Shown here: positions 36,693-47,191 of the stretch, one piece after another
Position numbering within the stretch: position 1 is the first letter of the stretch
How the letters are laid out: each line of letters opens with the position of its first letter
IMG/VR virus record: IMGVR_UViG_2974516482_000001
Location: 31,225-95,224 of that record
Direction: 5' to 3' (one strand)
Length of the DNA stretch: 64,000 nt
Source of the DNA: a virus
Taxonomy: Duplodnaviria; Heunggongvirae; Uroviricota; Caudoviricetes; Ackermannviridae
Program-made: the position numbers and the translations under genes
The notes under the pieces: generated by a model
The model's database searches: none
What the model saw: the letters and a program-made list of their open reading frames with translations, nothing else
What the model was told of the DNA's origin: nothing

Positions 36693-37486
36693 TGTGTGCT
36701 ATGAATTTTGTAGACAGGGGTGATAACGTCACCAAATATTTCACAGACGAAGATAATGACCGTGTTGTTGGAATATTGAGAGATTGGATTCCGGCTCGCA
36801 AAAAGGCTTTGGCCGAAGGAACACCCCCACCAAGAATCCCCAATTATGTGGCCATGAATGTTCAGATGATTATTAAGAACATGAGTATGCGCTACAACTA
36901 TCGTGATTATCCATACCGCGAAGACATGGTCAGTGAGGCCGTTGTCAACATCCTTCGTTACCTCCATACATTTGACGTCAGTCATATCGGCAAGAAAGGA
37001 AAAATCAATTTCTTCTCTTGGGTAACGATGTGTGCCGACCGTTCATTCGCCAAGAAACTCACCAGTGAAGAAGAACACAATTATATCAAGTTGCGTTCAT
37101 TTGAAGAAGCAGGTGGTTTCGCTGCATTATCAGATGACCCAGACTTCCAGCAACAGACATTCGTAGACAGCACTGGTATAACAATGGACTTCCGTGAGCG
37201 TATCGGAAATTTTGAAACTAAGAAAGAAGCCCAGCGCGAAAAGGAACGCCAAAAGCAAATCGCCATCAAAGAAGAGGAAAAGAATAAGAAAATTCCTCGC
37301 GGTATACTTCAATGTCTCACAAAGAGTGAAAATACCATTACCGCCGACGCCGAAGATAATTCAGACTATGACTTCGGCTCTACTCAATTCAATCTGGAAG
37401 ACGAAATATGTTCTATGGAACCAGATTGGGAAGAAGCAAAGAAACGAGCATTAGAACGGGAGCAACAAAATAATGGCGATTGCTAA
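36692..37486 (+). CDS. late transcription sigma factor (gp55-like) with long C-terminal extension
   Basis: N-terminal region resembles T4 gp55 (ILRDWIPARKK; NYVAMNVQMIIKNMSMRYNYRDYPYREDMVSEAV). Precedes gp47/gp46 as in T4. Confidence 0.55.
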   Translation: MCAMNFVDRGDNVTKYFTDEDNDRVVGILRDWIPARKKALAEGTPPPRIPNYVAMNVQMIIKNMSMRYNYRDYPYREDMVSEAVVNILRYLHTFDVSHIGKKGKINFFSWVTMCADRSFAKKLTSEEEHNYIKLRSFEEAGGFAALSDDPDFQQQTFVDSTGITMDFRERIGNFETKKEAQREKERQKQIAIKEEEKNKKIPRGILQCLTKSENTITADAEDNSDYDFGSTQFNLEDEICSMEPDWEEAKKRALEREQQNNGDC

Positions 37487-38588
37487 AATAGGCGATTTAC
37501 ATATCGGGAGCCGTAATGGTTCCCGTTACGTTCGAGAATTCATAAAGAATTATCTCATCAATTATTTTATTCCAGAATTGGTTGACGCCGATATTAAAGA
37601 AGTGTGGCAATTTGGTGATACGTTTGATGTTCGCAAATTCATGTATGGGCGCGATAAAGATTGGTTGAAAGATGAATTGACGCCAGCGCTGCGCAAAGCA
37701 GGTATTAAATGGAATGGCATCGTCGGCAATCATGATATCACGTTAGAAGAGTCCAATCGCATTAACTGGCCTTCTTATCTTAATGAATTGGCACCAGATG
37801 TTTATCATTATTACAGCGAACCAACTGAAGTAATGATTGAAGGTGTCAAGACCCTCCTACTGCCGTGGATTAACAAAGAGAACTATGATGCGTCCATTAA
37901 AGCGATACAAGATACAGACGCCAAGTACTGTTTTGCGCATCTGGAGTTGGCAGGGTTCAAAATGTACCAGTCCTCTGTATGTGATAAAGGTCAGATCGAC
38001 TTGGCGCTCCTTTCGAAATTCGAGCGCGTGGATACCGGACATTTCCATACCCGTTCGATGGAAGGTAACATTCAGTATATTGGGACTCCTTATCACCTTA
38101 CCTGGGAAGACCACAAAGACGGGACGAACCGAGGATTCTATGTAGACGACATGAATGGCGGGGAATTGTTTATCCCCAACAACGAACAACAAACGTTGTT
38201 CCGGTTCGTGGAATACGACTACACGCAAATGTCTTCTGATACTGAAGGTAATTGGATCGACCCCGATTGGTTAAACAATGTTTTGGGCATTGAAGGGCAA
38301 ATCGTTAAGGTGATTGTACAGAACCGTGACAATGCCAAGCATTATGAAAAGTTCTGTGACGCATTGAAGCGCTGTAAATGCATCGATTACAACTTCATCG
38401 ATCGGACGATTACTGTTGCTTCCGAGAAGGTAGAAGTCACTGAAGAGATGGTGGCTACTGATGCGGTGGAAGTCCTGAAGAAAGATATCCGCGCCGCCAA
38501 TAATATCCAGCGCCCTGAAAATGTTTGCAAACTTGCAGAACAATTTTATAATGCTGCCCAACAACGCCTGAACACATTGGATGCATAA
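37473..38588 (+). CDS. recombination endonuclease subunit gp47 (Mre11-like)
   Basis: Calcineurin-like phosphoesterase motifs IGDLHIG, GDTFD, GNHD. Confidence 0.8.
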   Translation: MAIAKIGDLHIGSRNGSRYVREFIKNYLINYFIPELVDADIKEVWQFGDTFDVRKFMYGRDKDWLKDELTPALRKAGIKWNGIVGNHDITLEESNRINWPSYLNELAPDVYHYYSEPTEVMIEGVKTLLLPWINKENYDASIKAIQDTDAKYCFAHLELAGFKMYQSSVCDKGQIDLALLSKFERVDTGHFHTRSMEGNIQYIGTPYHLTWEDHKDGTNRGFYVDDMNGGELFIPNNEQQTLFRFVEYDYTQMSSDTEGNWIDPDWLNNVLGIEGQIVKVIVQNRDNAKHYEKFCDALKRCKCIDYNFIDRTITVASEKVEVTEEMVATDAVEVLKKDIRAANNIQRPENVCKLAEQFYNAAQQRLNTLDA

Positions 38589-38590
38589 TA

Positions 38591-40924
38591 ATGAACAATG
38601 TAGATCTACTGTCTAAATTCGGTTCCCTTCTGAAAGAAGCGGACACTCCTGTTTCTGTTGAAGCACCATTTGAAATCCGTGGGGAAATTACTCACAAACT
38701 GACTTTCCATCGCGGTCGTGCTAAAAACTTCCGTTCCATCGGTAATGAATTCATGGAAATTGATTACCAACGCAATTCGGCAACCTTGGTTACATCCGAT
38801 GACAATGGCGCTGGTAAATCCACCATGCTTGTCTGGCTGCTGTTCTTCGTTCTGTATAATGACACATATAGCAAGAAAGAAAAGAAAGCCGGATTAGTCA
38901 ATTCCCAAAACAAAAAGGAATGCGTGGGTGAAGTTGAGTTCTCCACTCGAGGAAGTGAATGGAAAGTCCGTCGTGGTATCAAACCTGATTTCGTAGAAGT
39001 CTATCAGATGGTAGACGGTGAGTGGAAGCAGGTCGTGAATGATGCGGCCAAAGCTGACATGAACAAATATATCGTGAACCTGATTGGCGTAGACCAGAAG
39101 ATGTTTGAGAACTCCCTGGTTCTAGGCAAAGAGAAGTTCATCCCATTCACGGAAATGTACACTGCCGACCGTCGCGCTATGGTAGAGACAATCTGGGATT
39201 TGGGGTTCTTCAGTCTGATGAATGAAGATGTAAAAGCATCTATCAAGACAGTAACAAATGAACTCACGACGGTCACCAATGATTACGCCTTTCATGATGT
39301 AAATTTAAAAGGCCAGCAAGCGCAGTTGGAACAGATCAATAATTCCAATGCGATGATCCAGCAACAATCTGCGGATATCCTTGTCCAAGAGAAGGAACGT
39401 CTGAATAGTTTGAATTCAGATATTGGTGCTTCTCAAGAAGAACTGACGGAATTCCGTGCTCAAGACTCTAAATTGGAATCAGAATTATCAGAAGTCCGTA
39501 ATCGCCTGAACGCTGAAATGAAGGTGGATATCGATTCCATCAATGACGAGTATTTTGCCAAAATTCAAGCGGTTCAGGATGAGGCTGATACCAAGGCTGA
39601 AGACTATGAACGTATCGAGGTGTCTGATGGCGAACGTTCATTACAAGAAATTCGGGAGAGAATGGCGGTAGTCGCGGAACGTAAAAATGATCTGGTCAGC
39701 CAACGGAATGCTAACCTGGATGAACTGAACAAAGCATTAGCGCGGCGTCAGCAGGGTGAGAACTTCCGTATCAAATTCGTAACAGAAATGGAAGGACATG
39801 AATCTGCCATCAAACGTTTCCACGATATGGGCACTTGCCCTACGTGTACGCAATTAGTGTCGGACGATACCAAATCACGCATTGAAAGTCAATATTATCC
39901 ACAAATCAGTGAACTGACTGACAAGATTCTTCAGGTTGATACAGCCCTAGAAGAAGTGAATTCCCTGATTGAGAATTACAATGTCAGAGATTCAGAATTA
40001 TCTTCTCAGATTTCGGTTATTGACAAAGAACTGGATGCTTTGCGCAATGAAATCCGAGAAGCGGAATCAGCGATCGCTACATTAAAACGCGACATCCAAG
40101 GATTCTATGATGTCGCTGCTGTTGAGAAAACATCTTTACAGCGGGAACAACAGTCCAAAATTAACGACGTCCTCAAGGCCGTAGACACCCGTTATGAAGA
40201 TATCACGACGTCAATCCGTCAAGCGCGTGAGCAGCTCTCTAAGAGTATCAACGACACGGCTGATAAACTCACCAGCCTGAAATCACGCCGTGCCCCTCTA
40301 GAGGCATCTATTGCCGATTTAGAGCGTAAATTGGCGGTTAAGCCGACACCAACTGACGCCCTGGAAGGAGAGATCGCTCGCATCACGGCATTAATGGAAG
40401 ATCTGAATGCGCGGCGCGTAGAGTTGGATGAGAAATTGCAAGACCTGAACCATCTTCTGTTCTTCCTAAAAGATGATCAGACCAAGGCTCGAATTATCAG
40501 CCTGTATTTGCCTTTCCTCAATAGTAAAATAAACGAGTATCTTGAAGCACTCAATATGTTCTTGGATATTGCGGTTGATGATACATTTGAAATCACCATG
40601 AGCGCTGCAGGTCGTAAAGGGCAAAGCATATTCTCCCTGTCTACGGGACAACGCAGCCGACTCAATCTGGCTGTGACATTAGCCCTGCGGGACGTGGCCA
40701 ACCTCAAGGCGTCGGTGCAATGTAACCTGTTTGTGTTAGATGAAATCCTTGAGAACATGAGCGAGCGTGGCGTACAAGAATCGGTTGAGATGCTGAAACA
40801 TAAATTTGGTGGGAACAATCTATTTGTCATCAGTCAGCGTGAGCAGGAGTTCCAAGAATATTTACAACATAACATTCGTTATGGTCTGCGTAATGGCATG
40901 ACCGAAGTGATTAAGAAGGATTGA
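38591..40924 (+). CDS. recombination endonuclease subunit gp46 (Rad50/SbcC-like ATPase)
   Basis: Walker A DDNGAGKST, long coiled coil, CPTC zinc hook, signature LSTGQRSRL, Walker B FVLDE. Confidence 0.85.
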   Translation: MNNVDLLSKFGSLLKEADTPVSVEAPFEIRGEITHKLTFHRGRAKNFRSIGNEFMEIDYQRNSATLVTSDDNGAGKSTMLVWLLFFVLYNDTYSKKEKKAGLVNSQNKKECVGEVEFSTRGSEWKVRRGIKPDFVEVYQMVDGEWKQVVNDAAKADMNKYIVNLIGVDQKMFENSLVLGKEKFIPFTEMYTADRRAMVETIWDLGFFSLMNEDVKASIKTVTNELTTVTNDYAFHDVNLKGQQAQLEQINNSNAMIQQQSADILVQEKERLNSLNSDIGASQEELTEFRAQDSKLESELSEVRNRLNAEMKVDIDSINDEYFAKIQAVQDEADTKAEDYERIEVSDGERSLQEIRERMAVVAERKNDLVSQRNANLDELNKALARRQQGENFRIKFVTEMEGHESAIKRFHDMGTCPTCTQLVSDDTKSRIESQYYPQISELTDKILQVDTALEEVNSLIENYNVRDSELSSQISVIDKELDALRNEIREAESAIATLKRDIQGFYDVAAVEKTSLQREQQSKINDVLKAVDTRYEDITTSIRQAREQLSKSINDTADKLTSLKSRRAPLEASIADLERKLAVKPTPTDALEGEIARITALMEDLNARRVELDEKLQDLNHLLFFLKDDQTKARIISLYLPFLNSKINEYLEALNMFLDIAVDDTFEITMSAAGRKGQSIFSLSTGQRSRLNLAVTLALRDVANLKASVQCNLFVLDEILENMSERGVQESVEMLKHKFGGNNLFVISQREQEFQEYLQHNIRYGLRNGMTEVIKKD

Positions 40925-41096
40925 ACATGAACTGGGATCATCTGTGGTTGGCTATCAGTGTCTTTATGTTCTTTGATGCGTTGTTGGGAACGTACGAGAT
41001 GAGTAGGGAGTCCAGAGTCGGGGTGATGGTTTGTTGTTCCCTTATCGGCGTGGTATCCCTTTATTTCGCGATTGGGTTTGCCGCAGAGATCTTCAA

Positions 41097-41426
41097 ATGA
41101 AAGTTGTCCACTTCAAGAAGGAGCCATACGACGTCTACATTGGTCGCCCTGGTAAATGGGGAAACCCGTTCGAGGTTAAAGACCACGGGCGGGGAAACTG
41201 TATTGAGTTGTTTGAAGACGACTTGTATGTGCGCCTGATTGAAGGGGATATCACCGAAGATGAACTCCTTGAATTAGATGGAAAGACCTTGGGATGCTGG
41301 TGTAAGCCGCGCCCATGTCATGGAGATGTTTATGTCAAAGTGATCGGTCGTATTAAACTATTCCGTAAGTTGGGTAAATCTTTTACTGAATATTTGAGAC
41401 AAACATATGTCAGAAGAGAAAGATGA
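41097..41426 (+). CDS. hypothetical protein, DUF4326-like (GRPGKWGNPF motif)
   Basis: Conserved GRPGKWGNPF ... CWC motif family seen in phages. Confidence 0.4.
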   Translation: MKVVHFKKEPYDVYIGRPGKWGNPFEVKDHGRGNCIELFEDDLYVRLIEGDITEDELLELDGKTLGCWCKPRPCHGDVYVKVIGRIKLFRKLGKSFTEYLRQTYVRRER

Positions 41427-41691
41427 AATTCAGATTGCTTGTGATATCGCTGTCGAGTTATGGAATCAGCGAAACAAACATTATCAGGTGACGTTGACCC
41501 CAAAGCGTTATCTAGAGCAAGGTGGCTTAATAGTCGTTGATGCCGTGTTAGGTTTCAACAAATATACTGATATGCAAATCTTGGACGGGGATTTCACTAT
41601 TGCTTCCAATACAGCTTGGGATGATCCTATGGAATTTGTCTACGGTTGGTTGGAATGCATCGAGGAATCATACCATCTGATCTACGAATAA
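41407..41691 (+). CDS. hypothetical protein (94 aa)
   Basis: ORF overlapping the upstream gene by 20 nt. Confidence 0.35.
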   Translation: MSEEKDEIQIACDIAVELWNQRNKHYQVTLTPKRYLEQGGLIVVDAVLGFNKYTDMQILDGDFTIASNTAWDDPMEFVYGWLECIEESYHLIYE

Positions 41692-41694
41692 GGT

Positions 41695-41728
41695 GAAGGG
41701 CACTAAATATCACGTGCCCTTTATCTTT
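41695..41728 (+). terminator. rho-independent terminator
   Basis: aagggcac-taaatatca-cgtgccctt-tatctttt. Confidence 0.5.
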
Positions 41729-41788
41729 TAACCCTGTCAGGAGGCTCCAGCGAGCTGCAAGTCGACAAACCACATAAGGAACGCCATC

Positions 41789-42403
41789 ATGACGATGACA
41801 ACGTTGAAGGCCATGGCCTTGTCCGTGACCTTTACCATTGCCAGCGGGAATGTGCACGCTTCCCAAAATACAAGTCAATGTGTTTATGATTTCTCTGAGC
41901 AACAACTTAATACGCTGGCAACCGCCTATCAGATAGGCAAGACGCAAGACCTTGGTTACACTCTGGCCGCCATATCTTGGCGAGAGAGTCGCGCTGGTGA
42001 AGATGTAGTGTCAATGCGATACGGCCTCAAGGCGGCCAACATGGGAGCCTTTCAGAACAAGGTGAAGACAGTTGGTGATCGCGAAGGTTGTAAGAATCGC
42101 AAGTGTTATGCCAATGTCGCCATAAAGTTGCTGACCGACCAAGAATATGCCGCGCAAGCCGCCCTCGATGAGATGCAGTTCTGGCTGGCCTATCACAATC
42201 AGAATATCCGCAAATCTCTCTCCTCTTACAATGCTGGCTTCGCCCGTAATCCCGCATCGAACGCCTATGCCGCCGACGTCGTGAAGAAAGCTAAATATCT
42301 TCAGAAATGTGTGTCCTTCAAAGGCCGGACCATCTCCGAGGTAGATCCTCAGGTGATCGCCATGAACAAGCGCACGATAGAGAAACTGAAGAGGACAAGA
42401 TAA
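41789..42403 (+). CDS. secreted lytic transglycosylase-like (SLT domain) protein
   Basis: Signal peptide (MTMTTLKAMALSVTFTIASGNVHA). LT family motifs AISWRESRAG, GAFQN, SYNAGF. Confidence 0.5.
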   Translation: MTMTTLKAMALSVTFTIASGNVHASQNTSQCVYDFSEQQLNTLATAYQIGKTQDLGYTLAAISWRESRAGEDVVSMRYGLKAANMGAFQNKVKTVGDREGCKNRKCYANVAIKLLTDQEYAAQAALDEMQFWLAYHNQNIRKSLSSYNAGFARNPASNAYAADVVKKAKYLQKCVSFKGRTISEVDPQVIAMNKRTIEKLKRTR

Positions 42404-43041
42404 TGAACATCACTCCATCTCAGACCGGATATGAACATATCTTGGTCTTCATCGCTCTACAGGGCGCGAAGGAAGGCATCATCGTATCCGAGTACTCGGG
42501 GACTGTGCGCCTTGCCGATTATGTCGCACCCGAGGCGTTCATTAAGAAGTGCATTGATGCGTGGTGCCTCTATGCCCTCGGCACGTATCCTGCTCCTCCT
42601 GAGGGCGAGCTGTTGTTTACTGTACCGACTCCGGCTGCTGGTGATACGGATGCGATCTTTGCCGATATGCTGGCCAAGGGGTATCTGGCGTATGATATCA
42701 CTCACGATGTCTATTCCTTCACCTCCCTGAACACTGTGTTTGGATTCACCATCACATCTGAAGCCAACATCCCTGACTGGGGCATCTTGGCGTGGGGCGT
42801 TGACGGCCTGGGCGCAACCTATGCATCATCTGATGTCGGTCCTGTTCTGATTGATGATGGTGTAACCATGGAGCAGTACCTTGCCCAGTTCCCTCAACAC
42901 AACATCACAGGCAGCGACATCATTTTGGTTCAGCCTGGTGCTATCGCTCTCCCTCGTTTGGTGGATGGCTGGAAGCCCCAGCTGAAGGACATCATTGCCG
43001 GAATCAGATTCCATATTCCCATCGTGAACCCAGCACCGTAA
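42403..43041 (+). CDS. hypothetical protein (212 aa)
   Basis: Start overlaps the upstream stop. Confidence 0.4.
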   Translation: MNITPSQTGYEHILVFIALQGAKEGIIVSEYSGTVRLADYVAPEAFIKKCIDAWCLYALGTYPAPPEGELLFTVPTPAAGDTDAIFADMLAKGYLAYDITHDVYSFTSLNTVFGFTITSEANIPDWGILAWGVDGLGATYASSDVGPVLIDDGVTMEQYLAQFPQHNITGSDIILVQPGAIALPRLVDGWKPQLKDIIAGIRFHIPIVNPAP

Positions 43042-43072
43042 AAATAATTCAATAAAAGGGGCGAAAGCCCCT

Positions 43073-43101
43073 TTACTTCTTCAATATCCTTCCCTATACT
43101 T
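43073..43101 (+). promoter_or_regulatory. early promoter cassette TTTACT-17-TATACT directly after terminator hairpin
   Basis: aaggggc-gaaa-gcccctt hairpin, then -35/-10. 70 nt downstream is homologous to 5700-5772. Confidence 0.4.
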
Positions 43102-43148
43102 CATTCCATAAGCAGTACGATACCAACTTGAAACGAAGGAGCTATATC

Positions 43149-43484
43149 ATGACACAACTCAAAAACTTCACCGCAGATGACATGTTTGCCTTCCAGGGCG
43201 CTGAGCACTTTGCTGACGGCTCCGTCCCGCGCATCTACTATTTCTCTGATGAAGAAATGGAAGATTTCTTCGCCCTGATGGAAAAGGAATACACAGAAAC
43301 TGATTTCGTCTACGTCATCCACCATGCCGAAGGGTTGTCTCTTGGTTGGACGGCCAACGGCGAGCCGGAAGAAGTGAACTTCCCTGAAGGCATCATGTCC
43401 GAGCGCGTAGAGTACCTGCTGGAAGCCCTGGATCCACACACCCTCCCACTCTGGGCGATGTCAGTTGCCCAAATTCAAAAATAA
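43149..43484 (+). CDS. hypothetical acidic protein (111 aa)
   Basis: GAAGGAgctatatcATG context. Confidence 0.5.
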   Translation: MTQLKNFTADDMFAFQGAEHFADGSVPRIYYFSDEEMEDFFALMEKEYTETDFVYVIHHAEGLSLGWTANGEPEEVNFPEGIMSERVEYLLEALDPHTLPLWAMSVAQIQK

Positions 43485-43563
43485 GACAAGGGGAGCCGAA
43501 GCTCCTCTTTTGTTTTCGCTAATTAAGGGAAACCGCACCGATTTTATAATCAGGAGAATTATA

Positions 43564-45831
43564 ATGGCCATCCCATCTTTCTTGAACTTTCTTGAAGAGT
43601 CTAAACAATTAGACGAAGCGTTTAACTCATCCCCGTATGAATTGACATTCGGAAAGAAGAACGCTGGTGACATTTTCTTCACATTTGTTGATGAAGACGA
43701 AAAAGAATTCCGTATTCAATTCTATACTCCACAAGGTCTAGGCAAGAATGTTCGCCAAGTCTTTATCGGTCAGAAGCGTGGTTCAACCTATCCAGACGCA
43801 ATCGGTCGTTTCAAGAATCCGATGCGTGTTATCGCATCCATGATTGAAGCAACAAAGCAATTCATGGCGACGCCTTTGGGGAAAACCATTGACGGCTTTG
43901 CAATTAACTTCTCCAAGAAAGCATTGGAACGTGGTGTTACCCTCCTGCCGAAGATCATCCGTCAGTCCGGCCTGAAGCAGAAGCTCAATGTCATGGACCT
44001 GACGTATACCCCTATCCCTGATCGTGCATTCGTATGGGTTGTGCGTAAAGGTAAGGATCCTGCTCAGGTATTCGATGGTCCGAAAATGAAAGGTGTCACA
44101 TGGGATGATCCGGACAAAGTCGGTGACGTTCCTGACCAGGCTGCTCGTGACGCCGCACTACAAGGTGATATGGATGATTTGAGCCAAGCCATAAATGCCG
44201 ATTCTCGCTGGATTCTGACCAAAGCTGATCATACTCAGCCTATGCTGGTCTGGTCTGGTAAAGAACGTGGGCGGACTATTACCGCCAATATCGCACCTCA
44301 CGCGAATGAACCTGGTGTGTATGCTGGTAGTATCATGAACGAGAAACGGATCCGCGCTCAATCCCCAGACGCTATTGTACGCCAACTGGGATTACCGCAG
44401 ATCCCTGTGAATATTCTGAATGATTTCACCAAGCAGTCGTCCATCTTCTGGAAAGAGATGACGGGAGATTCTGGAAAAATAGACATGCAGACTTTGCCAA
44501 AAACAGGATCTGTGGATGACTTACGAAATCAGGGTTATATCGCCCGCATCTTGGGTATCGTTGATACATATGCTCCACAACAGGTCGGTATGTATGCAGG
44601 TGAGAAATTAACACGAATCGGCGCGGGTAAATATCGTACTTCGGGTGGTCTGGACATTCAGGTTTATTTCTGGGGAATCGTCAACGGAAAACTTTCTGTA
44701 GAAGTAGTATCAGATTTGTCTGGTCATGACCAACTTATGCTGGAAGGAGACGTGAAAAACGCCGCTTTTGAAATCGTCAGTGCGATATCCCGTGCTGCTG
44801 ATTCTCAGTTCAACGGTGAAGTGGAATGTCGTGTTGTTCCGGTCAACGGTGCCCCATACCCGATTCAAAAGGTTTCCCGTTCCCAGGGTTATTCCTATGT
44901 GGATTGCGGTTCGTTTGTTCTGAAAGTTTCTGATGCGCTGCTGGAACGCTTTACTGTCGGCAAGGCGGTAGAATTAGACCTCATGCGTGAATTCCCTCGT
45001 ACGACCTTCCCGGTTCGTTATGACTGGTATGGCAAAACTGAACTTGTTGTAAAGGCCAGCGATGGTAAGACCATATTCGGTAGCATCAATACCAACGCCA
45101 GCGATAAAGACGCTGTCATCACCGCTAACCTGAAAGCGCCTTCCAACGGTACTTTCTTTGGTGAAACGGTTCACGGTTTCTCCATTCGGTGGGCTGTCAA
45201 TTTCCCCGAAACGGGAAAATATGCCGGTACTTCTATGATAACCAACGTAACCTATTATCATGACAAAGGCAAAGTTGCATTCACCCCAATTATCTCCCAG
45301 AAAGGGCGTACCCTGAACAATCCGAAGACCTATGAACTCCCTTTGAACAAAGATTTGGTCCAGAGTGTGATTGATGAGATTTCATCAAAAATGGAATATC
45401 TTTCCAGAAACCTCCAACAGTTGAAAAGTCAGACATACAACCCAAACCAGGTTTTCTTGAATGATATAACCATCACGGATAAAGGTGAAGTGATTTGGAA
45501 CGATTACAACTTGTCTGACGGCAAAGTTACACAAATTATGCTGTCCATGATAAGCGCAGAAAATAAACGCTTGGAGAAAGTGACAAACAAGCCGGATATC
45601 ACATTACCAAAGAAACAAGCCGAAGTAGTAGAATTTATAAACCGGATGATTGATATTGATCTCGGACCTTATTTGAGAGAACCCAAAAAACGTGATGTGG
45701 TATTATTTGACTCTTCTGAATTGTCGATAAACCAACTCAACAACATAGAACGCCTGGGAAGAGAAACAGGAAAATGGTCTCTTCAGTCAAACGGCGGTAT
45801 GGGTCATGCACTATTTCTGAATGTTTGGTGA
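43564..45831 (+). CDS. large hypothetical protein (755 aa)
   Basis: AGGAGA SD. Strong coding bias. No motif recognised. Confidence 0.55.
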   Translation: MAIPSFLNFLEESKQLDEAFNSSPYELTFGKKNAGDIFFTFVDEDEKEFRIQFYTPQGLGKNVRQVFIGQKRGSTYPDAIGRFKNPMRVIASMIEATKQFMATPLGKTIDGFAINFSKKALERGVTLLPKIIRQSGLKQKLNVMDLTYTPIPDRAFVWVVRKGKDPAQVFDGPKMKGVTWDDPDKVGDVPDQAARDAALQGDMDDLSQAINADSRWILTKADHTQPMLVWSGKERGRTITANIAPHANEPGVYAGSIMNEKRIRAQSPDAIVRQLGLPQIPVNILNDFTKQSSIFWKEMTGDSGKIDMQTLPKTGSVDDLRNQGYIARILGIVDTYAPQQVGMYAGEKLTRIGAGKYRTSGGLDIQVYFWGIVNGKLSVEVVSDLSGHDQLMLEGDVKNAAFEIVSAISRAADSQFNGEVECRVVPVNGAPYPIQKVSRSQGYSYVDCGSFVLKVSDALLERFTVGKAVELDLMREFPRTTFPVRYDWYGKTELVVKASDGKTIFGSINTNASDKDAVITANLKAPSNGTFFGETVHGFSIRWAVNFPETGKYAGTSMITNVTYYHDKGKVAFTPIISQKGRTLNNPKTYELPLNKDLVQSVIDEISSKMEYLSRNLQQLKSQTYNPNQVFLNDITITDKGEVIWNDYNLSDGKVTQIMLSMISAENKRLEKVTNKPDITLPKKQAEVVEFINRMIDIDLGPYLREPKKRDVVLFDSSELSINQLNNIERLGRETGKWSLQSNGGMGHALFLNVW

Positions 45832-45903
45832 AACAAGCTGGACTTGAACAGAATAAAGCCCCTCCGGGGGCTAATTACATCTAAATCCCCGAGGAGAGAT
45901 CCA

Positions 45904-46473
45904 ATGAAACCTTTTATCGAATATTTTAAAGAGCAAGCTGCACAGCCTCAGACCCATGCTGGTGTCCAGGGTAAGACCGTATCCATCACCAAGCAAGCTG
46001 ACGGAACTCAATGGTGTACTGGTGCTACCGTGACCCAGATCACTCCTGACAATCAGGCGGATGTCTACAACCTGGAGTTAACCAACGGCAACACCATCAA
46101 GGTGAAGCTGACCCCAGACCAGACTCACGGTATCTCCCAAGGTCAGGAAGTCGTTGCTGTCCATGACGGTTTCGAATTCTTCTTTGGCAAATCTGCCGAC
46201 AAAGGCCAGGTGACCGAAGCCTATGCTCAGGAACTGGCGAACATGGACAAGATGATCGGTAAAGCACTGGGTGTTGGCAAGTCTCGCAAGAGTGGTCGTA
46301 CTGAGTTCGAATATTCCGGTATTCCTGGTATTGGAAAACCTGTAGCAATCGACTTCGGCGGCGAAGACGATCCGTATGTGATCGTCACAGTCGCTGGTAA
46401 ACAGCATGACATCAGTAAGGGAAAAACCCTAGCTGCGGACATTGCCAAATATATCGGCGTGAAACCTGTCTAA
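45904..46473 (+). CDS. hypothetical protein (189 aa)
   Basis: GAGGAGAgatccaATG. Confidence 0.45.
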   Translation: MKPFIEYFKEQAAQPQTHAGVQGKTVSITKQADGTQWCTGATVTQITPDNQADVYNLELTNGNTIKVKLTPDQTHGISQGQEVVAVHDGFEFFFGKSADKGQVTEAYAQELANMDKMIGKALGVGKSRKSGRTEFEYSGIPGIGKPVAIDFGGEDDPYVIVTVAGKQHDISKGKTLAADIAKYIGVKPV

Positions 46474-46482
46474 GGAGGTAGT

Positions 46483-46725
46483 ATGAAAGGGTTCCAGGAC
46501 TTCCTCTTGAAGGAAGCAAAGGTTGACCATCGCCGTCTTGGACAGCAGGGCATGTATGACATCACCGACGTTGGCCGCCCTAACAAAGGCGATCTGATTG
46601 ATTACTATGATCGCAACGGGGATAAACATCAGGGGAAAGTGAAGTCTGTGAACGCACAGAACATTATGACCCTGACGAACACCAGCACAGGCGAAACCGT
46701 CAAACTAACTCTGATCAAGCCTTGA
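46483..46725 (+). CDS. hypothetical protein (80 aa)
   Basis: GGAGGTagtATG. Confidence 0.4.
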   Translation: MKGFQDFLLKEAKVDHRRLGQQGMYDITDVGRPNKGDLIDYYDRNGDKHQGKVKSVNAQNIMTLTNTSTGETVKLTLIKP

Positions 46726-46728
46726 TGA

Positions 46729-46759
46729 CAATCCCCCTAAATACAGGGGGATTTCTTTT
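46729..46759 (+). terminator. rho-independent terminator
   Basis: atccccct-aaataca-gggggat-ttctttttc. Confidence 0.55.
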
Positions 46760-46774
46760 TCTGAGGAAACAATC

Positions 46775-47128
46775 ATGGTTAACGCGAGTATCTTCATCAA
46801 TCGTGGGTTGCTTGCTATAGCCCACTCTCATGCCCTCCACTTCGTTACAACTTCCTATGCCAAGCACAAGGCACTCGGGGAGTTCTACGGGGAACTGGAG
46901 GACTTGCTGGATACCTTTACAGAGGCATATATCGGCGCGGGTGGTGTATATGTCCCAGGGTTTGAGAATATTAAACTGTACAACCCAGATCCTATATCGT
47001 ATGTCAACAGCGTTGTTATCGACGTAAACGGAATTTATGGTCAATGTGACAGCCATCTTCAAAATACGCTCGATGAAATCAAAACCCTGTGCTATCAGAC
47101 CATCTACAAACTGAAGCAATTGTCCTAA
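46775..47128 (+). CDS. hypothetical protein (117 aa)
   Basis: GAGGAAacaatcATG. Confidence 0.4.
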   Translation: MVNASIFINRGLLAIAHSHALHFVTTSYAKHKALGEFYGELEDLLDTFTEAYIGAGGVYVPGFENIKLYNPDPISYVNSVVIDVNGIYGQCDSHLQNTLDEIKTLCYQTIYKLKQLS

Positions 47129-47191
47129 CTCAATAGGATCATCATCAGGTTATAATTTTGCCCATTCGTCATCAATAGGATACAGATAACA

